This document shows, piece after piece, positions 26,111-37,005 of a stretch of 64,000 nucleotides of DNA. The notes beneath the pieces were generated by a model. It worked only from the letters and a program-made list of their open reading frames with translations, did no database searches and had not been told where the DNA came from. Both the position numbers and the translations under genes were made by a program. This DNA is from Camelus dromedarius. Lineage: Eukaryota. The number at the start of each line of letters is the position of its first letter. Position 1 is the stretch's first letter. The DNA lies in contig NC_087437.1 in the NCBI RefSeq assembly GCF_036321535.1, positions 17,920,001 through 17,984,000 of the forward strand, given 5' to 3'.

Positions 26111-27529
26111 TGATCCAGTCTTTGGCAATTAATTTAAAATTGCCTACTGACTGTTGGCCAGGAAATAGGCACTTCCCCTCGACAGTACGTACATGTCCCT
26201 GAAACCAGTGGTAAAAGATGGGTCTTGGGATGAATGCTAGATGTATGGAGAAAAAAACCTTTTACGGTTGTTGAACATGCATTCTTAGGGAAAGAACTTG
26301 CATTTACCAGAAACCGATCTTTAAAAACTTTTTTTTTTTTTTGAACACCAAGTGATTGATATTCACTTATGCTCCCAGGTGACTGCCGTAGGAGGAGCCT
26401 TGGAGGGCTGGGCTTCCCGGGCTGTTTTAGGAAACAGCTGCGCCTATTTGAGTAAGAGAGAAGGAACGGTGGGCCCATCTATTTACAGGTCAACAGCAGC
26501 CTCGCTATCTGATGCCTTGTGGAACTAATTCCTAATTGGGGCAGTGTTTGTCAACACTGACAGGACCCTAATACACTGTAATCGCTCCAGCCACAAGCTC
26601 AGATAGAGATCTTAATCTCCACACCGGCCCCTTCACATGGAGCCGGGCTGCTGCCCACCCCTCCTTCCCCATTCTTGGCTCCATCTCTCTCCATCTCTGT
26701 TCCCTCCACCCTCACCCCCTTTCGTACCGTTTTTGTATTTCTCTGCAGCCACCTCCCTTTGTCTCTTTTTCACAGTCTGGTTCTTCCCTTCCTTCACTCT
26801 TTGTAGGGTCCTGGACCTCTCCATCCTTCTGTTTCTCTTGTTCCTTTATCTTTCTTAGAAACATCAAAGTCAAATTCTCAAGAGTTCCCAGAGAGTTTAG
26901 GCCACTTCTAATTTTACCTAGCGGGCCGTTCTTAATTAAGTTCTTTAATTCAACAATCTCTGAAATTAAGAAAGTAAAATTACACTTGGGCAAATTTTCA
27001 CAAATAGAAGCAGAGGGTTAAGATAAAATGTTTGTGGCAAACAGAGAGAGTGACTTTTTGTTCTTTGGTGTCTGTATTTTGCTAATTTGGTGAAATAATT
27101 GTCCCATGGGAGCTGGTGTCCTGGTTGGCAGTATCTGCAGCACAACCCGAACCAGACCTGGGAGCAACACGTTTACAACAGAGCCCGACAAACAGCAGGC
27201 ACTGCTGAATCAGGGTGAAGCTTCTGCTAAATGACTGTGCCACCAGGAAACCACATGGGTAACATCCCAGTTCCAAGAAGATCTGGAGAGACCTGGTTAA
27301 AAAGCAGTGGCCAAGCAGGCACTCCAGTTGGAGGCACTGTAAGCAGATTCAGGTGAGGAGTTAAAGGATTCATTCCAGTTCTCCATTTTCAATTTTGTTT
27401 CCCAAATAACCTGTTGACACTTGAGTCACACTGTTGGGCCTGAGTCCAAAGCTGATCAATGCATCTGGATTATTGCTAGAAACTTTCATCTCTCTCTGTC
27501 CTTCAAATGCCTTCTTGGAAATGTTCATT

Positions 27530-27840
27530 TGGGAAATTCTTTGTTCTCACCCTTAGAGTCTTAGCTCAAATACTATACCTCTCCAAAGAGGTGAAACCCT
27601 GAGCACTGTAACCAGTGTATTAGTATCTCTCCACACACCAGTTACTCTCTATCCTTGTTTATTTCCTCCATAGTGCTTATTACACACTGTAATTGTCTCA
27701 TTTGTTTATTTCCCTCCAGAGGCATAAATTCATGAAGATGAGGACTGTCTCTACTTTCCCAGGATAGCACCTTGACAGTGCTGGGCACATAGTAGGACTT
27801 TAGTAAATATCTGCTCAGTGAAAGAATGAATGAATGAAAT
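27530..27840 (+). mobile_element. L2 3' end
   Basis: TTAGCTCAAATACTATACCTC...CAGTGCTGGGCACATAGTAGG...GAATGAATGAATGAA terminus. Confidence 0.8.
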
Positions 27841-27965
27841 AATAGGACAGAGAATGAGGCCATTCGCTATCACTCTCCTTCTAACAATAGGGATCATAAT
27901 TCCATTGCTTTCATTTTCTCCCTTCTCAAGGGTTCTTCATAACCAAAATAATCAAATCCAAACTT

Positions 27966-28059
27966 TTTTTTTAAAAATGGAGGTACTGGGAATTGAACGC
28001 AGAACCTTGTGAATGCTAAGCACCACACTCTACCACTGAGCTATACCCACACCCCCCCC
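27966..28059 (-). mobile_element. tRNA-Ala-derived SINE (short Vic-1-type copy)
   Basis: Reverse complement GGGTATAGCTCAGTGGTAGAG...GTTCAATTCCCAGTACCTCC + A tail. Perfect 10-bp TSD ATCCAAACTT at 27956-27965 and 28060-28069. Confidence 0.9.
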
Positions 28060-28869
28060 ATCCAAACTTATGACTTCTCCTTTGAGGCCTCCTAAAATTC
28101 TGTCCCAATCTCTCTGCCAGTCTTGTTGACATTATTTTCTCAAAATTTCCTAGGGTGACCCCTCTGCATGGACTCACGCTCTCTCCTACTTGCTTTGCAT
28201 TTTCTTACCTTTGCTCAAACTGTTCTTCTCCCAGGAGGTCAAGGTACTGAGAGCAAGCTGTACTTTATCCTTTTCTGTACCCCTAAACCCACGGCAGAAT
28301 TTCCAAAACATCTGTGGTCTGGTTAGTGGCATCCCTGCCTGGCTGATTTTTCAGAGCCAGCTCTCCACCTGTATCATCCCCATCTTCAGACAAGGATGCC
28401 CTCTGCTCACCCACAGGGACTGCAGGTGTCATGGAATTGAACTTACAACCCACTCAACCTTGCACCCAGTTCTGCTAAAAACTCCCTCTGCATTAGAAAC
28501 CTCAACTTCTGGGATTTTGGTGGGCCAGGCTGTAGAAGAGAATTTCTCCCCTGAAGCTTCAAGATGTCTGAAGAGTCAATAAAAATGTGTGGAGAGGTGG
28601 TGGGCAGAGGGAGGGGTGGGAATCAATGAAAAGGAAGAAGAAAGACCAAAATTCTTATTCTGAAAGACATAAGCAGACTCCCAAAACCTGGGTCGAGTGA
28701 TAGGAATTGGTGGACCAAGGAGACAAGCAAAAGCAGCTGAGGGCTAAGGCTCAACAGAGGGTGGGCTGGAGACTTGGCAGGAGGACCTGGGAATGTGGCC
28801 TCTGGCAAGTGCCAAGGGACCCACCGGGGCAGGAACAGACACAAGCTGGGGATGGGGTGCTCCTCCGGG

Positions 28870-29070
28870 TCTCCTCTCCCCCACCCCCCCGTTATGCCTC
28901 TCCCTCTGCCTTCCTCTATCCCCTCCTCCTCCTCCCATGCGCCCTTCTCCTCTCCCTCCTCCTCCTCCTCTATCTCCTCCCACCCTTCGTCTCATACCAA
29001 GTCCCCTCTTCCTTGCACAGAGTAAGCCCTCTCTCCCTTTTGTGTACTTTCTTCCTCAAACACTTCTCTT
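28870..29070. repeat. Polypyrimidine low-complexity tract with (CCT)n
   Basis: Directly visible C/T-rich run. Confidence 0.8.
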
Positions 29071-29299
29071 CCTCAGAGCCAAAATTTCATCTCCAAACCA
29101 TTTGGGGCTGAAGGCACAGCCTCAAACCCCTGCAAAACTACCACCTCCTTTGAACCGACACAGTCAGAGCTCTGCTTCCGAGGTATCCCCACCAGGCCCC
29201 CTACAAAGTCAGTCCTGAAAGTCCAGCCCTCCCTGAGGTGTCAGCTCTTGCCCGCTTTTTGTTTTTCCTTCTCCCAGTAGCTCATCAAGTCTCTCTGCA

Positions 29300-29720
29300 T
29301 CGGTCCCAGTCATGGAAACACTTACCTGTGATTTATTGATGATAATCGTAGGCAAGCCATTTGTAATCAAACGTTAAACAAAGACATTCTCTCGCTGAGA
29401 GGGAGTGATAACGCACCATTTAGTCATTTTTGTGCAGTTGGTAATTTGGAGAATGAATGATAATTTCTGAGCCTTGAAAAGCTACATTGACAATGCCTGG
29501 TGTTATTCACCAAGTGAATAAAGACACCTTCCTCTCCATGTCTTGTGATAAATTTCTTTTATTAGGGCCACTTACGCGGGACTTTATCTTAATGGTCTCT
29601 CATATAGGGCAGTTGTGCTTGGACCATTAGGCTGTTTTTCATCACGCCTTAAACACAAGGCTCAGAGAAAATAAATAGCAATGGTGGTTCCAGGCAGCTC
29701 AGCTGCTTCAGAAATTAGGC
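29300..29720. promoter_or_regulatory. Putative conserved non-coding element / enhancer
   Basis: Repeat-free and retains several CpGs. Contains TGATTTAT, CATTGACAATG and other palindromes. Confidence 0.5.
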
Positions 29721-30220
29721 CCAGAAGCTAACGGGTTTGCCAATCACAACCGGCAGGAAACACACAGAGACAGGGGTCCCTCCCCCTCCTCCCTGGGAGA
29801 CTCCCCCCTCCACCATGTTTCACTCCTGCTTGCCCTTCTCTCTGCCCGGTGTCCCCACCCTAGGTGACTCACGCCTTCCCTTCTTGGCCCCCACTCCCTA
29901 TTAGGCTCCCTTGATTGTGCTTTTCCCCATGTTAACTTGGCCAGAGTTCCTTTCATGTGGAAGGAAGCGGAGGTATATCCAGTAACTTCATAGATACTAT
30001 GTTGGTTCATACTGGTTCTTTGCCACCTGCCTTCCACCTGAGAGAAATCCTCGTAGGTGGTTGGAGGAATCTGGGGAAGAGGAGCAGCCACCCACCCACA
30101 CTCCAACTAACCTGTCCTATGAGAGCCACAGTAATGTCCCATCAGTGATTTGCCTCAGGTACTGCATTCTGAGACCCCAGGGTAACAAAACCTGGGGACC
30201 ACCCTGGTAGAGGGTGGCTG

Positions 30221-30503
30221 CCTCTGAGTGCTGTTCCTCTGGGTGCTGTTCCTCTGAGTGCTGTTCCTCTGGGTGCTGTTCCTCTGGGTACTGTTCCTCT
30301 GGTTACTGTTCCTCTGGGACCTGTTCCTCTGAGTGCTGTTCCTCTGGGTGCTGTCCTCTGAGTGCTGTTCCTCTGAGTGCTGTTCCTCTGGGTGCTGTCC
30401 CTCTGGGTACTGTTCCTCTGGTTACTGTTCCTCTGGGACCTGTTCCTCTGGGTGCTGTCCTCTGGGTGCTGTTCCTCTGAGTGCTGTTCCTCTGAGTACT
30501 GTC
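30221..30503. repeat. Minisatellite, 19 x 15-bp unit CCTCTGRGTGCTGTT
   Basis: Parsed unit by unit: 17 units of 15 bp and 2 of 14 bp. Confidence 0.97.
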
Positions 30504-30949
30504 CCTGGCAGAGGCAGGCTGCCACAGTGTACCATTCACAGGCTCAGGGCCTCTCCTCAGGCACTGTGGGCACCCATTCAGATGTCAAGTACTCAGCATA
30601 CTCATAGATCCTGTCCTTGGGTCGTTTCCCTTTCCCACAGCCCCTTAGTCCCAAACTCCTTCTCTAGCCTCTTCACCCAGCTCCCACCTCCAGTTGTGCC
30701 ACAGCCCCCAGAGAAGGCTGTCGGCCATTCTCTGCCCTAGTCTTCCTCTGCCAGGAATGGGGAGTGTGGGAGAGAAGACTGGGGGAGGCCATCTCAGTGA
30801 GCCAGGGGCACATCTGAAAACCACAGGACATCTTGACCTGTGTTACTACACCAAGAGAGTAACTATCTCCTTCTCAGCTATGAGTTGATTAAAAATAGTA
30901 CCCTGTCATTGCTTCAGCCCAGGACACACGCAGCTCCAAGGAGTTGTGG

Positions 30950-31310
30950 GAAAATACTAATAACAGCTGACATTTAATTTGTATTTACTCTGTGGTAGAC
31001 ATTATACCGAGAACTTTGCATTCATTGTCTCCTGTAAACCTTCACTACATCCTTAGGATGTAGGTACTGTTATTTTTTTTCTAGCTTTATTGAGACATAA
31101 TTGACATATAACACTATATAAGTTTAAGGTGCACAATGTGAAGATTTGATACTTATCTATATTGTGAAGTGATTTTGGTACTAATATCATTATCTGCTTT
31201 TTACTGGTGGAGAACAGGAAGCCCAGAGGACCTCAGCTACTTGCCCACAGCCATGGAACCAGAAAGTTCTGGAGCTGGAATTGGAACCAGGCTGCCTGAT
31301 CCCAAAGCTC
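30950..31310 (-). mobile_element. MIR SINE interrupted by a short antisense L1 3' end (~31072-31175)
   Basis: MIR halves flank TTTTTCTAGCTTTATTGAGACATAATTGACATATAAC (L1MA-type terminus). Confidence 0.75.
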
Positions 31311-33964
31311 TCACTCTCTTCCTCCCTCCTGTCCTGACAGTGACAATCCCATCTGACCACACTTGACACACCCCCTTCCACCGCAGGGGTCGGGGTGGAG
31401 GTGAGAGACAGCATGTCTGAGTCCATTCCATTGCTTTTTGCACACCAGGCAGTTTATAGCCCTGGGAGAGCCCCGTCCCCTCCATGCGCCACACTGTCAC
31501 ACAGCCCTGAGAGGCTGGGTGGATTTCCCAGCACCCCTATTGGGAAGCAGACACTTGTTTCTCTACCTCAAGACATGGACCAATCCCTGCTTAGAGATAA
31601 CCATCACTGTTCCTCAATAATACCTTTCTCATTGGAGAAGAGCTGGCCATGTCCCTTGGGCTCAAATACTACTCCCTCTGGACACAGTTCCACAGAAGAG
31701 AGTCTGCTGTCCATCCAGCTCATGGAGTTACTGCCGCCCCAGCCTCACAGAGTGGCCAGTCCCACCACCGCCCTCCACTCTACTCACCTCCCTTGAGTCT
31801 GGCCATGTGGTTGTGTTTTGGTTCCATTAGGATACTTCCTATAAATTCTGTGTTGGGTTTCAAAAGCAGTGTCCCGTGGGAGGGCAGATTTCCTCCCCCT
31901 GGCTCCTGAGTGGAGAGATTACTATGATGTACCACCTTACCCTGACAGATTCCCAACCCCCATCCAATCTCTGGTTGTCTTACAAACTAGCACGAGTCCT
32001 CACCAGGCTATTCCCAAACAGTGGGTCTCTTTTCAGTGTCTAGAACCTGCAAATCCCACTGCTCTCTCTGGGCTGTTATTCCTGGCACAAAACCACTCTA
32101 TCACAATGCCTTTTCTCTCTCACATGGCTGTGTTGAACGGCCAGAGTAGCAAGCCATCCTTCAGCTTATTGGCCTATCTTTATTCTTTCTGCCTCCTTGT
32201 CTGCCCTAAATCAGAGGCCAGTGGGCAGCTAGGGCTCCAGCTGAAACACAAAGGAACAGGGACCACATCAGAGGTGGCATTTTTACTGTTACTTTGACCA
32301 TAGACACAAATCCCACTTGTCTGCATGGTCTTTACTGCTCTGGGTGCAGAATTTCATATTTTGAACAACGTTTTATTATATCTCTTATTTATCAACCCCT
32401 TTGGGAATGATAGGGAATTCCCTAAAGTGAGGTAGGAATGGTCCAGCACCCTCCACCACATTCAGAACCTCCCATCAGTTTTCCTGTTGGAACAAACAGA
32501 GGGACAGAGATCCCCAGGCAAAGAGGAACGCAAACAGCATAAAAGAGTAAAGCAAATCAAAACACATGGTTGTCACACCCATTGTTAACCTCTGAATGGT
32601 GTATGTCTCAGAACAAACACCCAGTCAAGACTATGATTACCAGTACATCCTTTCAGTTGGTTAAAATGACTCAGAGAGAAGATGACAAGGGTAGGAAGGC
32701 TGTTAGATTCAAGATACTCACTTTTAAATTGAGAGACAAAGAAAGAGAAAGAGAGGGAGAAAGACAGGTGGGGGGATGAGATAGGAGGAAACATGCTTTT
32801 TAAAAAAAGAAATTGTGGGTGTAGGTATTGGCATACAATACTAATTAAAATCAAATAGATAAGAAACTGGCTAAATTTCTGAGAGAGCTGTTTATTTCCT
32901 CCTTCTCCAAAATGTGCTAGACCAAAATATTAAGGGTTAATAAAGACCTAAGTCAACCCTTGGGTTTCCAATATTCTATGGAGGGTAGTGGGCTGAGAAA
33001 GCTGCTGAAACACTAAGGACGTTTTCTCCAGTGCTCACTTCAAATGTAGCCAAGAAGGATAGGGGAAGGGAAAATCCTCGGACAAAAGTGGATGGGCATC
33101 TCCTCCCCAAGCACAGAACCAGGAACCTTCCGCACCCCCAGGAGTCTGGTCCATGCAGCACTTAACCTACAATATTTCAAGATTGCTACACACTTTCGTC
33201 TTACTGAATGGAAGTTTGTATTTTGATTACCTTATTTGTGTTTCATCATTGTTAATCGGGTGTAGAAGAAGAAATACTGTCTTTTTAGCTCCTAGGTCTC
33301 TGAATAAGGAGGCAGGTTCTAAAGCAATTGGTAGAGTGTAATCACTTATTTTTACCTTAATGCTAGGAGCATCTTTCACCTGATAGCTCAGTGATCATTG
33401 CATTGAGTCTACAGAGAAGGAAATAAACTCCTAGTCCACTATTTGGACCATCAGGGTTCAATATTTATGTAGTGGTAATATTAATAATGTTTATGGCATA
33501 ATGTTTTAGAGTCACCCTATGGAAAAAGCACAGAAGACTTGCTTGTGATTGCAGGGCAAAATGTAAATCCTAGCAACACTGACAATGAAAAAAGTGAGCT
33601 GATGGAAGGAGGTAGAATTGGGGAGAAAGTATAAAAGAAAGTGTCAGCTGCTATTATCCTTATCTTATAAAACTGGTAGTAGAGAGATACTGTCAAATGT
33701 TGACAGGACAAGATATGACAGTTTATTATTTTATTTAAAGTTATAATGTAAGAAGAGATATAATAAGATTATAATATGTTGGGTAGTGAAGGGAGAAATT
33801 GTGTATGTGATCCAAATCTTTTATTCATAGTGAAAAATCCATATATCTTATCTAAAGTAGATAAATCAAGAAATTAAAGTGTAAACATATTTAGAGTTAT
33901 GGTAGAAGAATTCAAAGAAGAAATAATTTTTAAATAATTAAATCTAGCAATTAGAAAAAAGGAA

Positions 33965-34098
33965 GGGGGAGGATATAGCTCAAAGTGGTAGAGTGCATGC
34001 TTAGCCATGAGGTCCTGGGTTCAATCCCTAGTACCTCCTCTAAAAAGTAAATGAATAAATAAACCTAATTACCTCTCCCCCACCACCACCAAAAAAAT
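33965..34098 (+). mobile_element. tRNA-Ala-derived SINE (Vic-1 type)
   Basis: GGGGGAGGATATAGCTCAAAGTGGTAGAG...GGTTCAATCCCTAGTACCTCC + AATAAACCTAATTACCTC tail. Confidence 0.9.
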
Positions 34099-34229
34099 AA
34101 GGAGAGTTGGGAAAAGAGACTCAATTTTCATTACAGATTTTTATGTCCTATTTTAATAATTACCATGTAGCTATATTTATTTAATAAAACCAAACAAATA
34201 GAGCATTTGCTTTTTTTTGTGAGTAATCT

Positions 34230-35350
34230 TTTAAAAATACTTTCATTGAACTGTAACTAACACGTGGTCAACTGCACAAATCTCCAGTGCACAAAGCTCA
34301 AGGTCAAGATTAAGAATATTTTAAGACCCTAGAAATTTCCCTTTGACTTCTCCCAAACGCCCCAAAGGGAGCCATTCTTCTGACCTCCAAGAGTATAGAT
34401 TAGTTTCATTTGTTTTGGGAAGTCACATCATTGAAATCATATAGTATGTACTCTTGTGTTTCTGATTTTTTTTTTTGCTCAATATCATATCTGTAAGATT
34501 AACTCATATTGTATGTATAGCTGTTGCCAAGCAGGATTCCACTGTATGAATATACCAAAATTTATTTTTATGTTTGTTAATGAATATTAGGTTGTTTCCA
34601 GTTTGGGGTTATTATGAATAAAACTTCTAAAGGCGCTATGCTCATTCATGTACTTGTCTTTTGATGGACATCTGCAAACATTGGCTATACGCCTAAGAGT
34701 GAAATTGCTGAGTTTTAAGATAGGTGTATGTTAGATTCTGCTGTTTTACAACATGGTGGTTGTATCAGTCTCATCAGCAATATATGAGTGTTCCAGGTGC
34801 TATGTCAACACTTACTGCTGTCGGCCTTTTTCATGTTAGCCTTTCTTACATATATTGTAGTATCTCATTATGGTTTGAACTGGCATTTCTCTGATGGCTA
34901 ATGATGTTGAATATCTTTTTATGTTATGGAACACTTAGATATCCTCTTCTGTGAAGTACCTGTTCAAGTCTTTGCTCATTTAAAATATATATTTGTCTCT
35001 CTTTTACTTGTTCTTTACATATGTTTAATATGCATACATATATTTACTATTTACATATATATGTATTATATTTTATATACATGGAATATATATATAGCAA
35101 ATACCTCAAATATCTTCTACTTCTCTTTCTTTGTGGCTTATCTTTTCAGTCTCAATATAACATCTTCCAGTGAACAGAAGTTCTTAACTTTATTGTAGTC
35201 CAACTTATCAAACTATTTTTATGGTTACTGCTTCTTGTGTTTTGGAATCTGTATCTGCTCCAAGGTCAGGAAGAAACTTTTACAAATTGTCTTCCAGAAG
35301 ACTTACTGTCTTACCTTTCATATTTAGGTTTGTAATACACCTGGATTACC
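34230..35350 (-). mobile_element. L1 3' part (L1MB-ME type)
   Basis: GGTTGTTTCCAGTTTGGGGTTATTATGAATAA, GCATTTCTCTGATGGCTAATGATGTTGA, CTTCTGTGAAGTACCTGTTCAAGTC. Confidence 0.85.
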
Positions 35351-35384
35351 TTTTTTTTCTTTTTCTTTTTACTGCCTCAAAATA

Positions 35385-35832
35385 GCCTTATTCTGGGGAG
35401 AAATCCCAAGACAGGTGGGAAACAGACCCCAAGGGAGGAAAACATCTTTCTACTACCAGCTTGCTTACAGCTACAACATGAGCATCCCAGGCTCAGTCAA
35501 TCAGATGATCCTGTCTGAGCCAAGGTGACAGTGAGTACAACAAACCCACAGGGAGAGTTTACTGGGGCCATTGAGGGAGCCAAAGGTCCAGAAATACAGA
35601 GGTGAGTTTCTGGGGCAGGACAGTCCAGTGGCACAGACTAGCTGGCTGTTAGTAGTTTTGCCAGAATGGTGTCCTTAGCAGATTCACTAGTGTGGCCTTG
35701 GTTGCCAGGTTTTCAAGTGTAGTGTTCAAGGCTTTTTATAGATTTTGTGACCTACCCAACAGTCTTCCAATAAATTCCCTCTTTTTGCTCAAGTTAGCTC
35801 AAGTTCTGTTGAAGATCAAGAATTCTGTCTGG
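35385..35832 (+). mobile_element. Old MaLR LTR (MLT1J/K-like)
   Basis: CCAATAAATTCCCTCTTTTTGCTCAAGTTAG 3' terminus motif. Confidence 0.55.
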
Positions 35833-36872
35833 TGAAGGCAACAAATTTGAAACTCCACAAAATGTCAATCAAGAAAACTGCATGCCGGCTGGAAGCTAAA
35901 TATAGCCTCATTGACTAGGATTAAAGCATTTCCCAAACATCTCCCTAAGTATCTCCATGGTTAATGGGAGGCCTGTCCGAGGGGTAGTGGGCATGGAGGC
36001 TGTTGGGGCCGTGCTGACAAGTGGCCCCTAAAGCACCAGTTCATGGTATTCTACCCACAGGGGAGATGGTGGCTAATCTGGAGCCCAATACCTCATTTGT
36101 TACCCCATCCCCCTACCATCTCCAGGAATTGCCGAAGACATTTGCTGCACCTATTCTAAGAGGAAATTAGCAAAATAAAATCCCTTCAATGATAAACTCC
36201 ATTTAAAAATTAACAAAAAATTCCAAATGGTGTGGAAATTATGTCTTAATTGGAAGGCCATTTTTAAACCTCTCTTTACAAAGCAGCTCTTCGGGGGCAT
36301 TGCTATCAAGCAGGAGGAAGTGAAGGGACTTGTGAAGGGAAGGAGACCTCCCTAGGGTTGTGGCAATTTTTTTTTTTTCTGTTGCTAAAGGAGCCTCTGC
36401 AGCCTGCATGTGATGTGGGTAAAACCCCAATCTTTGTAAATGCCCAAATCGTTTCCCCCTCTCCCTTCCCTAAACCCTTAGTCCAATATATTAACCTCAC
36501 AGTGCCAGTGATTTCCTGGAACCTCTTTCGGAAAGCCTTCTATCTCCTACCCAGATCCATCTGTACCCTTCGGTCTCCTCACATACTCCTCAGGCTGTGT
36601 CTGTCTGTCTTGTCTGTCTCTCCTTACTTTGCATTCCTGTAGCATCCTGGGTTAACTCCTGTCATAGCACTGATTGCACTATTCTAGAATCATTGCCTTA
36701 CTACATGTTCCATCCACTGGACTGTGAATTTCCTGAGTGGGGATCACATGTCGTTCCGGTCTCTGGCCCCAGAAGAAAAGTTCAATATTCACTGAGTTAA
36801 AAAAAAACAAATGAAAAAGCAAGTAAACAGGGTAACTCAACCAACCATTGATGTTCAAACATTAGACTTAAC

Positions 36873-37005
36873 TAAAGTGACCAAATAATTCATTCTCTTT
36901 CTACTGAGAGTGAGAATGAGAGAGGATGCTCATTGGACAGGATACTGGGACAACATGCATTGCTCAGGACTGACTGGAGCAAATGGGGACAGATGACCCC
37001 CCTAG
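36873..37005. mobile_element. hAT-Blackjack MITE (MER94-like)
   Basis: GTGACCAAATAATT...CTGGGACAAC...GGGGACAGATGACCCCCCTA. Confidence 0.6.

Noticed and set aside
28707..29218. Pro/Ser/Leu-rich ORFs
   Set aside because: Translations of the low-complexity polypyrimidine tract.
30214..30480. Keratin-associated/cornified-envelope-like Cys-Ser ORF (SSGCCSSECC)
   Set aside because: By-product of a 15-bp minisatellite. It has a GTG start, frameshifting 14-bp units, and ORFs overlap it in multiple frames on both strands.
30221..30503. CRISPR-like array
   Set aside because: Contiguous tandem units without unique spacers, no cas genes, and mammalian DNA.
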